64,000 bases of DNA from Candidatus Binatus soli (GCA_002479255.1 DLMJ01000032.1:30908-94907); one strand, 5' to 3'. Numbered from the stretch's first letter, positions 8,882 through 19,288 are shown. Numbers and translations: made by a program. Notes: generated by a model from the sequence alone, not told the origin.

Positions 8882-9997
8882 CTAGTTGACGCTGGAAGTA
8901 TCGATTGTGTCCGAACCCGCTGGCAGTGTAAGCAGCATTCCGTCGTATCCGAGCACGACGCCGCGCGGCCGCACCGCGGCGACGCCGCGCATGAATGACA
9001 TCCGCACGAAGGCGTTAGGCGTCGGCGGCCCGATATGGCTCAGCACCAGGAGCCGCACGCCCGCTTCGTTCGCCTCGGCGGCCGCGTCCTCGGGTGTCGT
9101 ATGGTAGCGGAGGATGTCGGACATGATCTTCGCAACCCGCGCGTTTCCCAGGCGGCTAGCCGCCTCTTCGATAAGTTTCACCATCGTCGCCGACTGGGCT
9201 TCGTGGATCAGCACGTCGGCGCCGCGCGCCTGTGCCACCAGGTTGGCGCATTTGGTGGTGTCGCCGCTGATGACCACCGAGCGCCCCTTGTAGTCGAATC
9301 GGTAGCCGTACGCGGGCGCGACCGGCGCATGATTGACGGTAAAGGCGGTCACTTTGAGGCCGTTCTCTTCGAGCACGGTCGCCGAGCCACCCGCGCATGG
9401 CGCCGCGCCCGGCTTGGCATCGACCGTCACCACGTGTGGTTCCATCGTCCAGTTGGCCGGCGGCATAAGTGCGGCGCCGTGATGCGCTACGCGATAGTCG
9501 CGGTCCAGCGCGTAGGCCTGCGCGAAACCGCCGACCACCAGTTCGACCCCCGGCGGCCCGAAGACGCGCAGTGGGTTCGCACGGCCCTGCGCCCACGTCT
9601 GCAGGTTAATTTCGCCAAGGTCGCCGATATGATCCGAGTGGTAGTGCGTCAGCATCACCGCCGCCAGCTTGGGCGCCGGCAGACGCCACAGCGCGAGGTT
9701 CTTCCATGAGCCTGGGCCGGTATCCACGAGATACATACTGCCGCCGGCGAAAACCGCCGTGCACGCATCCGCCCGATTGGGATCGGGAAGCGGATTTCCC
9801 GTTCCGCACAGGACAACGCGGAGTGCGTCGTCGCTGAGCAGATCATTGCGTGTCGCGCCGAGAATCCGCTCGACCACCCGCCTTAGCAGCGCATCCTGCA
9901 CCGCCGGCACATGTGCCATCCACCAAGCCAGCGCGGCGAATATCGCGAACCCGGCACCGCCCAGTGCGAGTCCTTTTGTTAATCGTGACATCTTCAA
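8882..9997 (-). CDS. MBL-fold metallo-hydrolase (RNase Z-like) with an N-terminal membrane anchor
   Basis: HYHSDHIGDL (HxHxDH) motif, further His/Asp ligand positions, and an N-terminal hydrophobic helix. Confidence 0.8.
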   Translation of the reverse strand: MKMSRLTKGLALGGAGFAIFAALAWWMAHVPAVQDALLRRVVERILGATRNDLLSDDALRVVLCGTGNPLPDPNRADACTAVFAGGSMYLVDTGPGSWKNLALWRLPAPKLAAVMLTHYHSDHIGDLGEINLQTWAQGRANPLRVFGPPGVELVVGGFAQAYALDRDYRVAHHGAALMPPANWTMEPHVVTVDAKPGAAPCAGGSATVLEENGLKVTAFTVNHAPVAPAYGYRFDYKGRSVVISGDTTKCANLVAQARGADVLIHEAQSATMVKLIEEAASRLGNARVAKIMSDILRYHTTPEDAAAEANEAGVRLLVLSHIGPPTPNAFVRMSFMRGVAAVRPRGVVLGYDGMLLTLPAGSDTIDTSSVN

Positions 9998-10472
9998 TCA
10001 GCAATCCCGATCGTTACCTGCGACTACCCAAAGTGAAATCAACCTGGCTTGTCAAGTGTCGAGATGCGAGGCGCCTGCTTTTGGTGACGAAGCGTCGGAG
10101 TCGATGCGCGGATGAGATATTGGTACCTTAACTCCCATAAACGTGTGGTGCGCGCGATACTTCTCGCGATGCCGTGGGTGTGATTGCGAAGAAAGCTCCG
10201 CCAGGTCGGGGAGGGCGCGCCGCGCTTTCGTACGATGTACTTGCGTCTCGCTGCGCGCGATCAACAACGGCAAGGCGGTACGGCTGGCGGGGCGTTCAAC
10301 CGATGAACGCGGTGCGGTCAGCCTGCTAGGATGGAAATGGAAGTGCGACGGAAAAGTGGCGGGAGACAACGAAGCGCGCCGTGAACTCTGAGCGTGTTTC
10401 CGGGCGATTCGATGGATCTCGAAGCATCAACACTCGCACCAGATGTTAATTTGAGACTTGAATCATCCGCAC

Positions 10473-12377
10473 TCAGATCGGCCGGACCGCTCCGATCGGT
10501 ATGGCACCGGGCGCTGTGCCCACGCCGGGAGATTCACGTGGCGCGAGCTCCTGCATCTCGTTCAGCTGCATCGAGAATCTCCGCACCGGTATTCCGTGCT
10601 TCCGCCCAAAGCGGTGAAGTCTTTCGGTCTGCTCGGGAGCGAGCTCTTCGTCCGCCACGATGATCTCGGTGAACGGCACCCGCGCGTGGATGGACTCGAG
10701 GTCCTCAGGTGTGCCAAGCACTTCCTCTCCGTACAAGATTTTGCCCTGCTTGAATGCATCCCCATCGACGAATCCAACAACACGGGCCGAGCGCGTGCGC
10801 GCCTTCAAGACGAATTCCGCGGCCACGGTTCCGATTTCTCCGGCGCCCACCACTAACACCCGGTCCGTGACGGTCGCGAGGCGGCTGATCAGCTTGCGCA
10901 GCGCCTGGAACGACATCCGCGTCGCGACCAAAAGGTTGACCAGCAGGAGCGCGTACAGCAACGCAATTGATCCCGAATGCCTGATGGGCAGGAAATCGGA
11001 CCCAATCGCCACCATGATCCCCGCGATTATCGCGCCGCCGGCGAACCGGAAGCTGTCCGAGAGACCCGCGTAGCGCCAGATTCCACGATAGACGCCCGCG
11101 AGCAGAAAGGCCGGGTACGTCAGCAGGATTACCCACGGCAGCCCGCGGATCATCGATGCGAGCACCTCGGGCGTGAGCTTGAAATCAAGCCGCAACGCGC
11201 ACGCGCCGAAGTAGGCGGCGCTGATCAGCGCGGTGTCCATCGCCGCCTCTGCAATTCGGCGTTTGTAGCCGAGAGAAAGAATGTACCGTGCGACCCCCTG
11301 AAGATAGCCGTACGCTACGCTCGGGGGTCTCGCGTCGAAGGTCAAATCGATCATGAAGAGCGCGATCACCGCCGCCGCGAGCGCGATGAACGGCAACGCT
11401 GTAACGACGTCCGGATGCGGCAACAGGTTCGCCGCAATCGCGCATCCGGCGGCGACCGTCGCCACCGTCCAGATCGACGCGACGGTCCGCCACTCCGTCA
11501 CTCCGAGCGAGCGCAGCCGATCATGGACGTGCTCCAATCCATGCCTCGAAATAGCCTTCCCCATGGCCAGTCGCGCCACCGTCACGATCCCCGCGTCGAG
11601 CAATGGCACCAGCATCACCAGCACCGGAAAGACCCACAGCGTGAGCCGCGAGTTCGTCGCGAGCGCTCCTCCTTGAAGAGCCAGTACTCCCAGCATGTAT
11701 CCGAGCGGGAGCGCACCCGCATCGCCCATGATGATCGATGCGGGCGGGAGATTGAAGATAAGAAATCCCCCAAACGCTCCCGCGACGGCGAGGCTCGGCG
11801 CGGTTACCGCGGGCACTCCCCGCACGATGCCGATTGTCGCAATCGCGGCTGCGACCGTAATTCCGATCCCCGCCGCCAGGCCGTCGAGTCCGTCCACAAG
11901 GTTGAACGCGTTGGTCGTCGCGACCAGCCAGAAGATGGTGATCCCGACGTCCAGCAATTGCCAGGAGGTGAACGCGTAACGGGGCAACACGAAGATCGCC
12001 GCCCACGCGATGATCGCGAGCTGGCCTGAGAACTTCTGCCCCGGGCTCAGCGCCAGCGCATCGTCAACCAGACCGACCACCAGCATGGCGCCAGCGCCTA
12101 TCGCAATCCATCCGGCCAGGTGGCTGGTTACCACGAGGGCGACGACGATCGAGGCGATAATCGAGATGCCGCCCGTGGCAGGAACTCGCGCGTCGCTGAG
12201 CGGCGAGGCCACTTTCGCCGTAATGCCCATCCACCGGCCGAAGCGCGTCGCCACGGGCATCGTAATAATCGCCGCCAAGAACGCGATTGCAGCCGTCGTC
12301 CACTCATTTGTCAGAAGATCGAGCATTGTTAAGCTTGCCAATGTCAATTTCGCGCGGAAGCCGCCAGACTCCCCCAA
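10473..12377 (-). CDS. Fusion of a WecA/MraY-family polyprenyl-phosphate HexNAc-1-phosphate transferase (N-terminal) and a WbpM/CapD-N-terminal-like TM + Rossmann domain (C-terminal)
   Basis: NAFNLVDGLDGLAAG and multiple TM helices occupy the first ~330 aa. Four more TM helices follow, then RVLVVGAGEIGTVAA...VVGFVDGDAFKQGKILYGEEVLG. The start is uncertain (TTG 12377 or ATG 12326). Confidence 0.7.
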   Translation of the reverse strand: MGESGGFRAKLTLASLTMLDLLTNEWTTAAIAFLAAIITMPVATRFGRWMGITAKVASPLSDARVPATGGISIIASIVVALVVTSHLAGWIAIGAGAMLVVGLVDDALALSPGQKFSGQLAIIAWAAIFVLPRYAFTSWQLLDVGITIFWLVATTNAFNLVDGLDGLAAGIGITVAAAIATIGIVRGVPAVTAPSLAVAGAFGGFLIFNLPPASIIMGDAGALPLGYMLGVLALQGGALATNSRLTLWVFPVLVMLVPLLDAGIVTVARLAMGKAISRHGLEHVHDRLRSLGVTEWRTVASIWTVATVAAGCAIAANLLPHPDVVTALPFIALAAAVIALFMIDLTFDARPPSVAYGYLQGVARYILSLGYKRRIAEAAMDTALISAAYFGACALRLDFKLTPEVLASMIRGLPWVILLTYPAFLLAGVYRGIWRYAGLSDSFRFAGGAIIAGIMVAIGSDFLPIRHSGSIALLYALLLVNLLVATRMSFQALRKLISRLATVTDRVLVVGAGEIGTVAAEFVLKARTRSARVVGFVDGDAFKQGKILYGEEVLGTPEDLESIHARVPFTEIIVADEELAPEQTERLHRFGRKHGIPVRRFSMQLNEMQELAPRESPGVGTAPGAIPIGAVRPI

Positions 12378-12386
12378 ACGTGGCGG

Positions 12387-13379
12387 TCAGGAAGAGGAGG
12401 ACACGCGTTCATGCCGGAATTTTTCACGCACCTGCTGCTCAATCCAGGCGTAAGTGCGCGCGAGTCCCTCCTCCAGGGAAATCTCCGGCTCCCAGTTTAG
12501 GACCTCGCGCAGTCTGGTGTTGTCGGAATTGCGTCCGCGCACACCCTGCGGACCGACTACGTGCTTGCGGCTGATCCCGATTCCCGCGATGTCCGCTACA
12601 ATTTCGGAAAGTTCGTTTATCGTAACCATCCGGTCCTGACCAAGATTGAGTGGCTCGTGGTAGTCCGATCGCATCAACTTGCAGATCCCGGTGACACAGT
12701 CGTCGATATAACAGAACGAGCGCGTCTGCTCGCCGTCGCCCCAGATCTCGATTTCGTGATTTCCAATCAGCTTTGCGTGCGCCACTTTGCGGCACAATGC
12801 AGCCGGCGCCTTCTCGCGCCCGCCCTCCCAGGTGCCGTAGGGGCCGAAGATATTATGGAAGCGGACGATCCGCGTCTCGATTCCGTAGTCCTCGCGATAG
12901 TGGTTGCACAATCGCTCGGTGATCAGCTTCTCCCACCCGTAGGCGTCCTGCGGCTGTGCGGGGTAGGCGTCTTCCTCCTTAAGAGGCACAACGTCGGTTT
13001 CGGTCTGCTTGAATTCGGGATAGACGCAGGCTGACGAGCTGTACAAATAGCGGCGTACGCCGTTGCGATGAGCAGCCTCCAGGGTCTGGAAGTTGATCAT
13101 CGCGTTGTTGTAGAGGATTTGCGAGTGATGGGAGGAGATGAAACCCATCCCGCCCATGTCCGCGGCGAGCGCATAGACCTCGTCGATGTCACGTGTCGCC
13201 GCAGCGCAATTCTCCCAGTTGCGAAGATCCAGGAGCAGGAATTCGTCGCAGTCCGATGGACGGAATTCCGGTTCCTTGATGTCCACGCCGCGGACCCAGT
13301 ATCCATCGCGTTTGAGACTGCTGGCGAGATGGCTCCCGATGAATCCACCCGCTCCGGTAACGAGAACTTTTGTCGTCAT
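12387..13379 (-). CDS. gme: GDP-mannose 3,5-epimerase
   Basis: VLVTGAGGFIGSHL, AADMGGMGFI, SSACVYPEFKQ, PQDAYGWEKL and RFHNIFGPYGTWEGGREKAPAALCRK run colinear with the plant/bacterial GME sequence as I recall it. Confidence 0.8.
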   Translation of the reverse strand: MTTKVLVTGAGGFIGSHLASSLKRDGYWVRGVDIKEPEFRPSDCDEFLLLDLRNWENCAAATRDIDEVYALAADMGGMGFISSHHSQILYNNAMINFQTLEAAHRNGVRRYLYSSSACVYPEFKQTETDVVPLKEEDAYPAQPQDAYGWEKLITERLCNHYREDYGIETRIVRFHNIFGPYGTWEGGREKAPAALCRKVAHAKLIGNHEIEIWGDGEQTRSFCYIDDCVTGICKLMRSDYHEPLNLGQDRMVTINELSEIVADIAGIGISRKHVVGPQGVRGRNSDNTRLREVLNWEPEISLEEGLARTYAWIEQQVREKFRHERVSSSS

Positions 13380-13461
13380 AGTGTCACCAGGTTTGATTTT
13401 AGGCTCACGTCGCGTGAGCTGAGATTCTATCAAGCGCCATCGACGCCAGTCATGCGTCCGC

Positions 13462-14301
13462 TCAACGGTTCGGGTGCCGGGCGGCGACAGCCTGCCTCAC
13501 GCGAATCTGCAGCGTCTCGGCGAGCGCACGGTAGAGAAAGCGGGGGCCGTCGACCAGATCGCGCCGCCACAACTTAGCCGGCTCCATCGCAAGCCGCCAC
13601 AGCCACTCGAGACCGGCGTCGCCAACCCATGCGGGTGCGCGTTTCACCTGTCCGCTGACAAGGCGGAACGCTGCTCCCACCCCGACAACCACCGGCACCC
13701 GGAGCGCGTCCAGGTTGCGATGAATCCACCACTCCTGTTTGGGCAGGCCGAGGCCGACCCACAGCACGTCCGGACGCGCTTCGTTAATCTGCTTCACCAT
13801 CGCCCGCTCTTCTTCGAGTTCCAACTTTCGAAAGGGCGGCGACAGGGTCCCGACCACGCGATGGCCGGGATGCCGCCGCTCGAATCGTTCCCTGAGCGCG
13901 ACGAGCGTCTCCTCGGTGTCGCCATAGAAAAAGCTCCGGTAACCTGTCCGACTGGCGCGCGCGGCAAAGGCCGCCAGCAGATCGGGCCCCGAAACGCGGC
14001 CCGGGAGCGGCGATCCGCGCAGGCGCGATATCCAGACCGGGGCGATCCCATCAGGGCAGAAGAGATCCGCAGAGTTGAGCACGTCGCGCAGCCGGGGGTT
14101 CCTGTGCGCCTCCCAGATTCCGTGAAACCCCGTGGCGACGACGAACCGGCACCGCCCCTCGCGCAGCTCGATCCAGCGCTCGATGCGATTCAGTGCCTCA
14201 TCGATCGTCACCCTGGAAACCGAGCATCCCAGGATTGCAATCGATGCGGGTCGCTCCTGGCACTCGGCTCGGGACGTTTCGTTGTTGGCGATGGAACTCA
14301 T
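13462..14301 (-). CDS. WecB/TagA/CpsF-family (GT26) glycosyltransferase
   Basis: ILGCSVSRVTIDEAL..., FCPDGIAPVW and VLWVGLGLPKQEWW are typical of GT26. Confidence 0.8.
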   Translation of the reverse strand: MSSIANNETSRAECQERPASIAILGCSVSRVTIDEALNRIERWIELREGRCRFVVATGFHGIWEAHRNPRLRDVLNSADLFCPDGIAPVWISRLRGSPLPGRVSGPDLLAAFAARASRTGYRSFFYGDTEETLVALRERFERRHPGHRVVGTLSPPFRKLELEEERAMVKQINEARPDVLWVGLGLPKQEWWIHRNLDALRVPVVVGVGAAFRLVSGQVKRAPAWVGDAGLEWLWRLAMEPAKLWRRDLVDGPRFLYRALAETLQIRVRQAVAARHPNR

Positions 14302-14416
14302 GCAGCTTCAGTTCCGTGACACGATGGGGGAGTCTGTCGGCGTGAGGACTGAAAACAGGATTTTTATCGACGCGCTGAGCGCGTGAAGCTTCGTTGAAAA
14401 CTTCGGACCCGAATCG

Positions 14417-15799
14417 TCAGCGGTAGGCCCGCGCATCGAATGCAACCGTTGGGTCGCCGCGGATCGTTGCAAAAGTCTCCACTCTCTCACTGGCATTTCG
14501 AAGATTGGCGGCGCGAATCAATGCTCCGAGATAAACTATGGCCGGCAGCTGCAGCATCAGGTCGACGCTGAACACTGCAGAGGTATTCTCGGGAATGGTC
14601 CGGAGCGTGAAGAAGACCATCAGACCAGCGACCTGCGCGAACATCGTCGAATCACCCGCGAACACGATATCCGGCCGCCATGCCGCGCGCGCAAGATACA
14701 CGAGGGCGATGGCAAACCCCAGCGTCCAGGCGCCGCCGCCTAGAAATCCTCCGCACAGCAACGAATAGAGGACCCCGTTCTGCGCATCCCCAAAGATGAT
14801 CCGCCGGTCCGCCCGCGGCCCGTAGCCGATGATCGGCGCGCGCAGGATGGCCTGCCAGGCATTGTAGAAAATATCGGTCCGCCCGGTCATCCGCATGATA
14901 TAATTGTCGTTGCGCGTCGCGTGGCGCCAAATGTGGTGCAGCGTTTCGTGCGACACGAAATCCAAGCCGACTGCGCCGGCGGTCAGCGCCAGCGCCAGAA
15001 TACCGATCGTGCGTGCGCGTCCTCGCAGCAGCAGCAGCACAACGCCCAGTGCCGCCACGAATGCCGCCAGCGATCCGCGCGACTGCATCACCCACACTAA
15101 CCAGGCGCATCCCGCGAACAGAGCAATCCACGCTACCCGGGTCCATCGCTCGGTCCGCCACATCGCTGCGCATGCAACGATCGCAATCGCAGCCGCGAAG
15201 CGTGAAATCCCGGTCGGACGCACCATCGCCATTCCCGCAACCATCGGCATCCTCGTATTCACCTTATAGCCGCTGAGTCCCTCCGACGTCTCCACTGTGA
15301 GATGGCCTCGGCCAAGGTAAACGATGATCGCGAGAATCACGGCGGCCGCGACCCAACTCAGGCGGTTGAGCGACGCCGCGCCGGCAATCTCGTCGCCGCA
15401 TTCCGCCAGGTACATTTCGCCCGCGCCCAGCGTTGCGATGAATGCGAGCCCCCAATAGCCCCACTCGAACCAGTTCTCCACCCCAATGCTCGCGGTGAGA
15501 CAGACGGCCGCGTAAAAAAACCACAACCACTCGGGCAGGGTCGGCTCGCGCATCCGAGTGTCGCTCCGGCCCAGCAGATGAAAAATCCAAATCGCCAGGA
15601 CCACGAGCGGGAACGCTGCGCGGATGCCATGGAACGCGGCGAACCCTCCGCTCAGGATGCCGTCGAGATCAATATTCCAAGGACCCGTGTTAATCGATCC
15701 CCAGAGCGCCAGCCAGCACAGCGTAGGAACGACCGGGAGCATGATTCCGGCGACGCTGCGAATAGGTCGATCGGTTGGTCCGCGTGCGAGCATTGTCAT
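14417..15799 (-). CDS. Polytopic membrane protein, Wzy-type polymerase / O-antigen-ligase family
   Basis: About 10-12 TM helices, with a WVMQSRGSLAAF segment typical of Wzy_C proteins. There is no canonical HNxY motif. Confidence 0.55.
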   Translation of the reverse strand: MTMLARGPTDRPIRSVAGIMLPVVPTLCWLALWGSINTGPWNIDLDGILSGGFAAFHGIRAAFPLVVLAIWIFHLLGRSDTRMREPTLPEWLWFFYAAVCLTASIGVENWFEWGYWGLAFIATLGAGEMYLAECGDEIAGAASLNRLSWVAAAVILAIIVYLGRGHLTVETSEGLSGYKVNTRMPMVAGMAMVRPTGISRFAAAIAIVACAAMWRTERWTRVAWIALFAGCAWLVWVMQSRGSLAAFVAALGVVLLLLRGRARTIGILALALTAGAVGLDFVSHETLHHIWRHATRNDNYIMRMTGRTDIFYNAWQAILRAPIIGYGPRADRRIIFGDAQNGVLYSLLCGGFLGGGAWTLGFAIALVYLARAAWRPDIVFAGDSTMFAQVAGLMVFFTLRTIPENTSAVFSVDLMLQLPAIVYLGALIRAANLRNASERVETFATIRGDPTVAFDARAYR

Positions 15800-17115
15800 A
15801 AGAGCGGGCGTGAAATCCTGCGCCGCACCGGCGCGGCCATCGGCTCGGAACGCGTCGCAAGGACTCGCTGATAGATGCGATCGATCGCTTCGGCCTTGGC
15901 CTCCCAGGAGAACTCCCGCGCCCGCCGCAGCGCTCCGGCGGCCAGCCGGCGCCTCATGTTTTCGTCACCTGCAATTTCAATGATTCTGCGGCTAAGCCGG
16001 CCCTTGAACTCCCGTATATTGCGGATCGGAATCCGGATACCACACCTATCACTTACAACATCCGGAAAGCCGCAATGGTCCGGGCATATGACGGGAACGC
16101 CGCTAGCCAATGCCTCCACGATTACTGTGGACGTAAGGTCCTGCAGGCTGGTTGTTACAAACAGATGCGTTGATGTCAGACCGGCAAGCGCCTCCGCACG
16201 CGACACCTGGCCGCGCCACGTGCAGCGGGACTCGATTCCAAGTCTGGCGGCGAGCCGCTGCCATTTGAGTTTGCACGGGCCGTCGCCGTAGATGTCCAGC
16301 CGCCAATCGGTGGTATCAGGTACGTCCGCCAACGCACGCAGCAGGAGATGCAATGCCTTGCGCGGTATATGACGCCCGCTCCATGCAATTCGCAGCGGCT
16401 CTCCGTCTCGCCGCATCGCGTAGGTATTACCGGTCTGAGGAGGCAGTCCGACCTCGCAGATCACCTCCGCCTCAACTCCGTACCAGCGCTGGATTTCGCC
16501 GCGAATTCCGCTGGTTGCCGCGATCACTCCCGGACCAGCGGCGGCGAAGGCCTTGCGCGGTAGCCGGAGAAACCGGCGATGCATCGAGTTCACGAGGTTG
16601 CGTGCGCCGTGATAGATAGATCCTTGCGCGCCCATCGTGGGCAGCAACCGCCACGGCATATTCTCGAGCCCGCCGATCGGGCCCCATACGAACGGAACGT
16701 CAAGCTTCCAGAGATGGCCGGGGAAGCGGAATCCCACGAAAGTGAGCTGATGCACGAGGTCAAACTGAACCTTCTTATGTAACTCGCGGGCCAGCTTCAA
16801 CGCATCGCGCTGCCAGATTCTGTAGGAGGAATGCATCAAGGGCTTGAGGATGGAACCTTCGCACATGCGCCAGAACCGGTTCGCATCACTGTAATGCCAT
16901 GGTTTCGCAGTCACATACGCGAAATGAATATTCGAGTACGTTGTGGGAGCGCATGCAATGAACCGCTCTATGCTTTCCCGCTGCCATTCTGCCGTAATTA
17001 CCCAGACGTCATGATTCCTTGCGATAGCGGTTGGCCAAGACCAGCCCACGGCCTTCTCGGAACCGATATAGGGATCGCAGGCGTATGCTGCGATCAACAC
17101 TTTCAGCTGCCTCAT
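15796..17115 (-). CDS. Glycosyltransferase, GT4/GT1 (GT-B) type
   Basis: N-terminal KVLIAAYACDPYIGSEKAVGW and a C-terminal GT-B core (TSLQDLTSTVIVEALASGVPVICPD). It overlaps the downstream gene by 4 nt. Confidence 0.8.
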   Translation of the reverse strand: MRQLKVLIAAYACDPYIGSEKAVGWSWPTAIARNHDVWVITAEWQRESIERFIACAPTTYSNIHFAYVTAKPWHYSDANRFWRMCEGSILKPLMHSSYRIWQRDALKLARELHKKVQFDLVHQLTFVGFRFPGHLWKLDVPFVWGPIGGLENMPWRLLPTMGAQGSIYHGARNLVNSMHRRFLRLPRKAFAAAGPGVIAATSGIRGEIQRWYGVEAEVICEVGLPPQTGNTYAMRRDGEPLRIAWSGRHIPRKALHLLLRALADVPDTTDWRLDIYGDGPCKLKWQRLAARLGIESRCTWRGQVSRAEALAGLTSTHLFVTTSLQDLTSTVIVEALASGVPVICPDHCGFPDVVSDRCGIRIPIRNIREFKGRLSRRIIEIAGDENMRRRLAAGALRRAREFSWEAKAEAIDRIYQRVLATRSEPMAAPVRRRISRPLL

Positions 17116-17166
17116 TTTAAAAGACCGAGTTTGCTGAATGTGAATTGACGCGCAAGCCGTTGCGTA

Positions 17167-18372
17167 TCAGCGAGCATTGCAATCTATCCCTCCGGTCAAT
17201 ACCTTCGCCAGCACTTCGGCCCCGTCTTCCCATGTGGCCAGCCTGTCCGCGCGAGCCTTTGCTGCGGCGCCGTCGTTTAGCACGGCCAGAATACCTTCAC
17301 GGATCCCGGCGTCATTTGGAGTTATGTAAATAGTCTCATCGCCGCCGGCTTCGCGCAGCTCCGGGATGTCGCTTGCGACCACCCGGGTACCGCACGCCCG
17401 CGCCTCCAACACCGGCATTCCAAATCCTTCATAGAGGGACGGGCAAATCAGAGCATCGGCACCCGTATAAAGTGCAGGCAGGTCTCCCTGATCGACATAG
17501 TCGAGCACAATCACGCCGTACGATGCGCCACGCTCTAGAAGCCCGCATAGTCTCCTGTCCTTCCATCCCCTGCTGCCGGCCAGAACCAGCGTGTGCGCAC
17601 GTATAAGGCCTTCCGCCTTCATTTTCAAGAACGATTCGACCAGGAGCTCGAAATTCTTTCGCGGCTCACGTGTCCCGACCGCAAGTAAGTACGAGGTCTT
17701 CAATCTGTACTTGTTGAGACAAGCTTCCACTTTGTCGCGAGGCTGCGGTGTGAATTCCTCAGAAACCCCGGGCCGGACCACCGCGGCGGCGGTAAATCCG
17801 TATGCAGAGTGAAGCTTCGCCGCAGTACCGCGAGAATTCGTGAGGATTTCATTGGCGCGTGCCAAGGATTGGCTGAACAGCAACCTTCGGCCCCAAAGGT
17901 CGCGCGCCCGCATAGTGGACGGCACTATCTTGTGATTGAGGTCGTGAACCGTACTCACAGCCCTGACCCTCGGTCCAAGCGCCGGCAGTAGCGTGACGGC
18001 GCCCCAAAAGACATCCAGGCTATCGCAACGGCAAAGGCTGCCGGCGCGCGAGGTCAGCCACAGTCCGCGGTTTAAATTACGAGCCATCCAGGATTGGTCG
18101 ATCCTCGCTGACCATCTCTCCGAGCAAACCGGCAAGCTTAACGCGCACGGAGCGTAGACAAAGAAGCGCGCCTTCGGAAGCAAGTGGTCCAAATGTCTGC
18201 AAAGCTCGATAACGTAGCGCCCCACCCCTGTAGGCATACCCATAAAGGCTCGCCCGTCGATTCCGATACGGCATTCATCGCGGTCTCTGACCTGTTCGCT
18301 CCGCATCCAGTAACCTACACAAAGTGCGCCAATAGGTCTTTCAGCTCGATTGGTCGTCTCGCACAGAAACAA
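17167..18372 (-). CDS. Glycosyltransferase, GT4/GT1 type
   Basis: RIGIDGRAFMGMPTGVGRY and LICPSLYEGFGMPVLEARACGTRVVASD (the EX7E region). The start is uncertain (18372 or 18306). Confidence 0.8.
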   Translation of the reverse strand: MFLCETTNRAERPIGALCVGYWMRSEQVRDRDECRIGIDGRAFMGMPTGVGRYVIELCRHLDHLLPKARFFVYAPCALSLPVCSERWSARIDQSWMARNLNRGLWLTSRAGSLCRCDSLDVFWGAVTLLPALGPRVRAVSTVHDLNHKIVPSTMRARDLWGRRLLFSQSLARANEILTNSRGTAAKLHSAYGFTAAAVVRPGVSEEFTPQPRDKVEACLNKYRLKTSYLLAVGTREPRKNFELLVESFLKMKAEGLIRAHTLVLAGSRGWKDRRLCGLLERGASYGVIVLDYVDQGDLPALYTGADALICPSLYEGFGMPVLEARACGTRVVASDIPELREAGGDETIYITPNDAGIREGILAVLNDGAAAKARADRLATWEDGAEVLAKVLTGGIDCNAR

Positions 18373-18379
18373 CGATAGT

Positions 18380-19279
18380 TCAGTTGCTGACCTTTTCGAT
18401 CATAAGACCGCATACACCCTGACCTGGCATAAGACTCCAATCGGCGAATTCTGTATAGTTGTCAACGATTTCCCTCGCGTCATCGGCTGTGCATCGGAAC
18501 CCCTGCGTTTGCCACCTGCGGTCGTGGCTTGCGAAACGGCCAGGAGTCTTTTCTCCGAACCACCGTATGACGCTTGCTTGTACCCCCAAGGGGTCAACGA
18601 GCCGCTGAAAGACCGCGGCTCGATCGTAGTGCCGTGCAAAGAAAAACTGCCCGTCCCGAGCAGTGCCCTGAGTGCCATAGAGATCTGTCCGGCGGTACTC
18701 CAGCCAAAACTTGCGATCCACGGGAACGGTTACTATTAGCCGACCGCCGGGCTCCAGAGCCTTGTAAAGCGTGCACATGGCGTCGGTATCCGCGGTTTCG
18801 CCGGCAATGTGTTCAACAACCGAGATCGACCAAATCGACTGATATTGGCAGGCAGTATATTTCAAGCGCTCTACTGCCACACACTCCGTGAATATGTTGT
18901 TCAGCCGCAGGCTCTTTGCGGCCCGCGCCGTGCAAGATAGGTCTCTGGGGTCAGGGTTAATTACGCGAATCGAAGCAGTTGGATGTTTCCGTGCCGCGAA
19001 CAGGCTAAAAAGCCTCGGCGACGCTACATCTAGGCAGTCGCCCAGTCCTTCGGCCAAGCATGACAGAGCAAATGGAAATTCGAAATATCTAACAATATTT
19101 ACCGGGGTCAGCAGATAGGTGAGTCCAACGCGAAAATTACCTCTGGCAATCATACGACGCGCCAGGACTTTGCCGAACTGGGCAAACTCCATGCCGGGTC
19201 CGTTTCTCTTGGCCGCATACGCCAAGCTCGCACGTGAGCGTAGATACGCGCTTGGGATTGAAAGCCAGTCCGCAAACAT
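18380..19279 (-). CDS. Class I SAM-dependent methyltransferase
   Basis: CLDVASP (motif I-like) and SVVEHIAGE...LEPGGRLIVTVP. Confidence 0.6.
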   Translation of the reverse strand: MFADWLSIPSAYLRSRASLAYAAKRNGPGMEFAQFGKVLARRMIARGNFRVGLTYLLTPVNIVRYFEFPFALSCLAEGLGDCLDVASPRLFSLFAARKHPTASIRVINPDPRDLSCTARAAKSLRLNNIFTECVAVERLKYTACQYQSIWSISVVEHIAGETADTDAMCTLYKALEPGGRLIVTVPVDRKFWLEYRRTDLYGTQGTARDGQFFFARHYDRAAVFQRLVDPLGVQASVIRWFGEKTPGRFASHDRRWQTQGFRCTADDAREIVDNYTEFADWSLMPGQGVCGLMIEKVSN

Positions 19280-19288
19280 GGCGCTTCC

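Noticed and set aside
10977-12029. Long plus-strand ORFs running antisense to the glycan locus, for example 10977-12029, 20122-21180, 33675-34742, 37019-37966, 39226-40773 and 41831-42823.
   Set aside because: They are Arg/Pro/His/Gly-rich with no motifs. Each is fully nested opposite a minus-strand gene that has clear family signatures. These are typical shadow ORFs of high-GC DNA.
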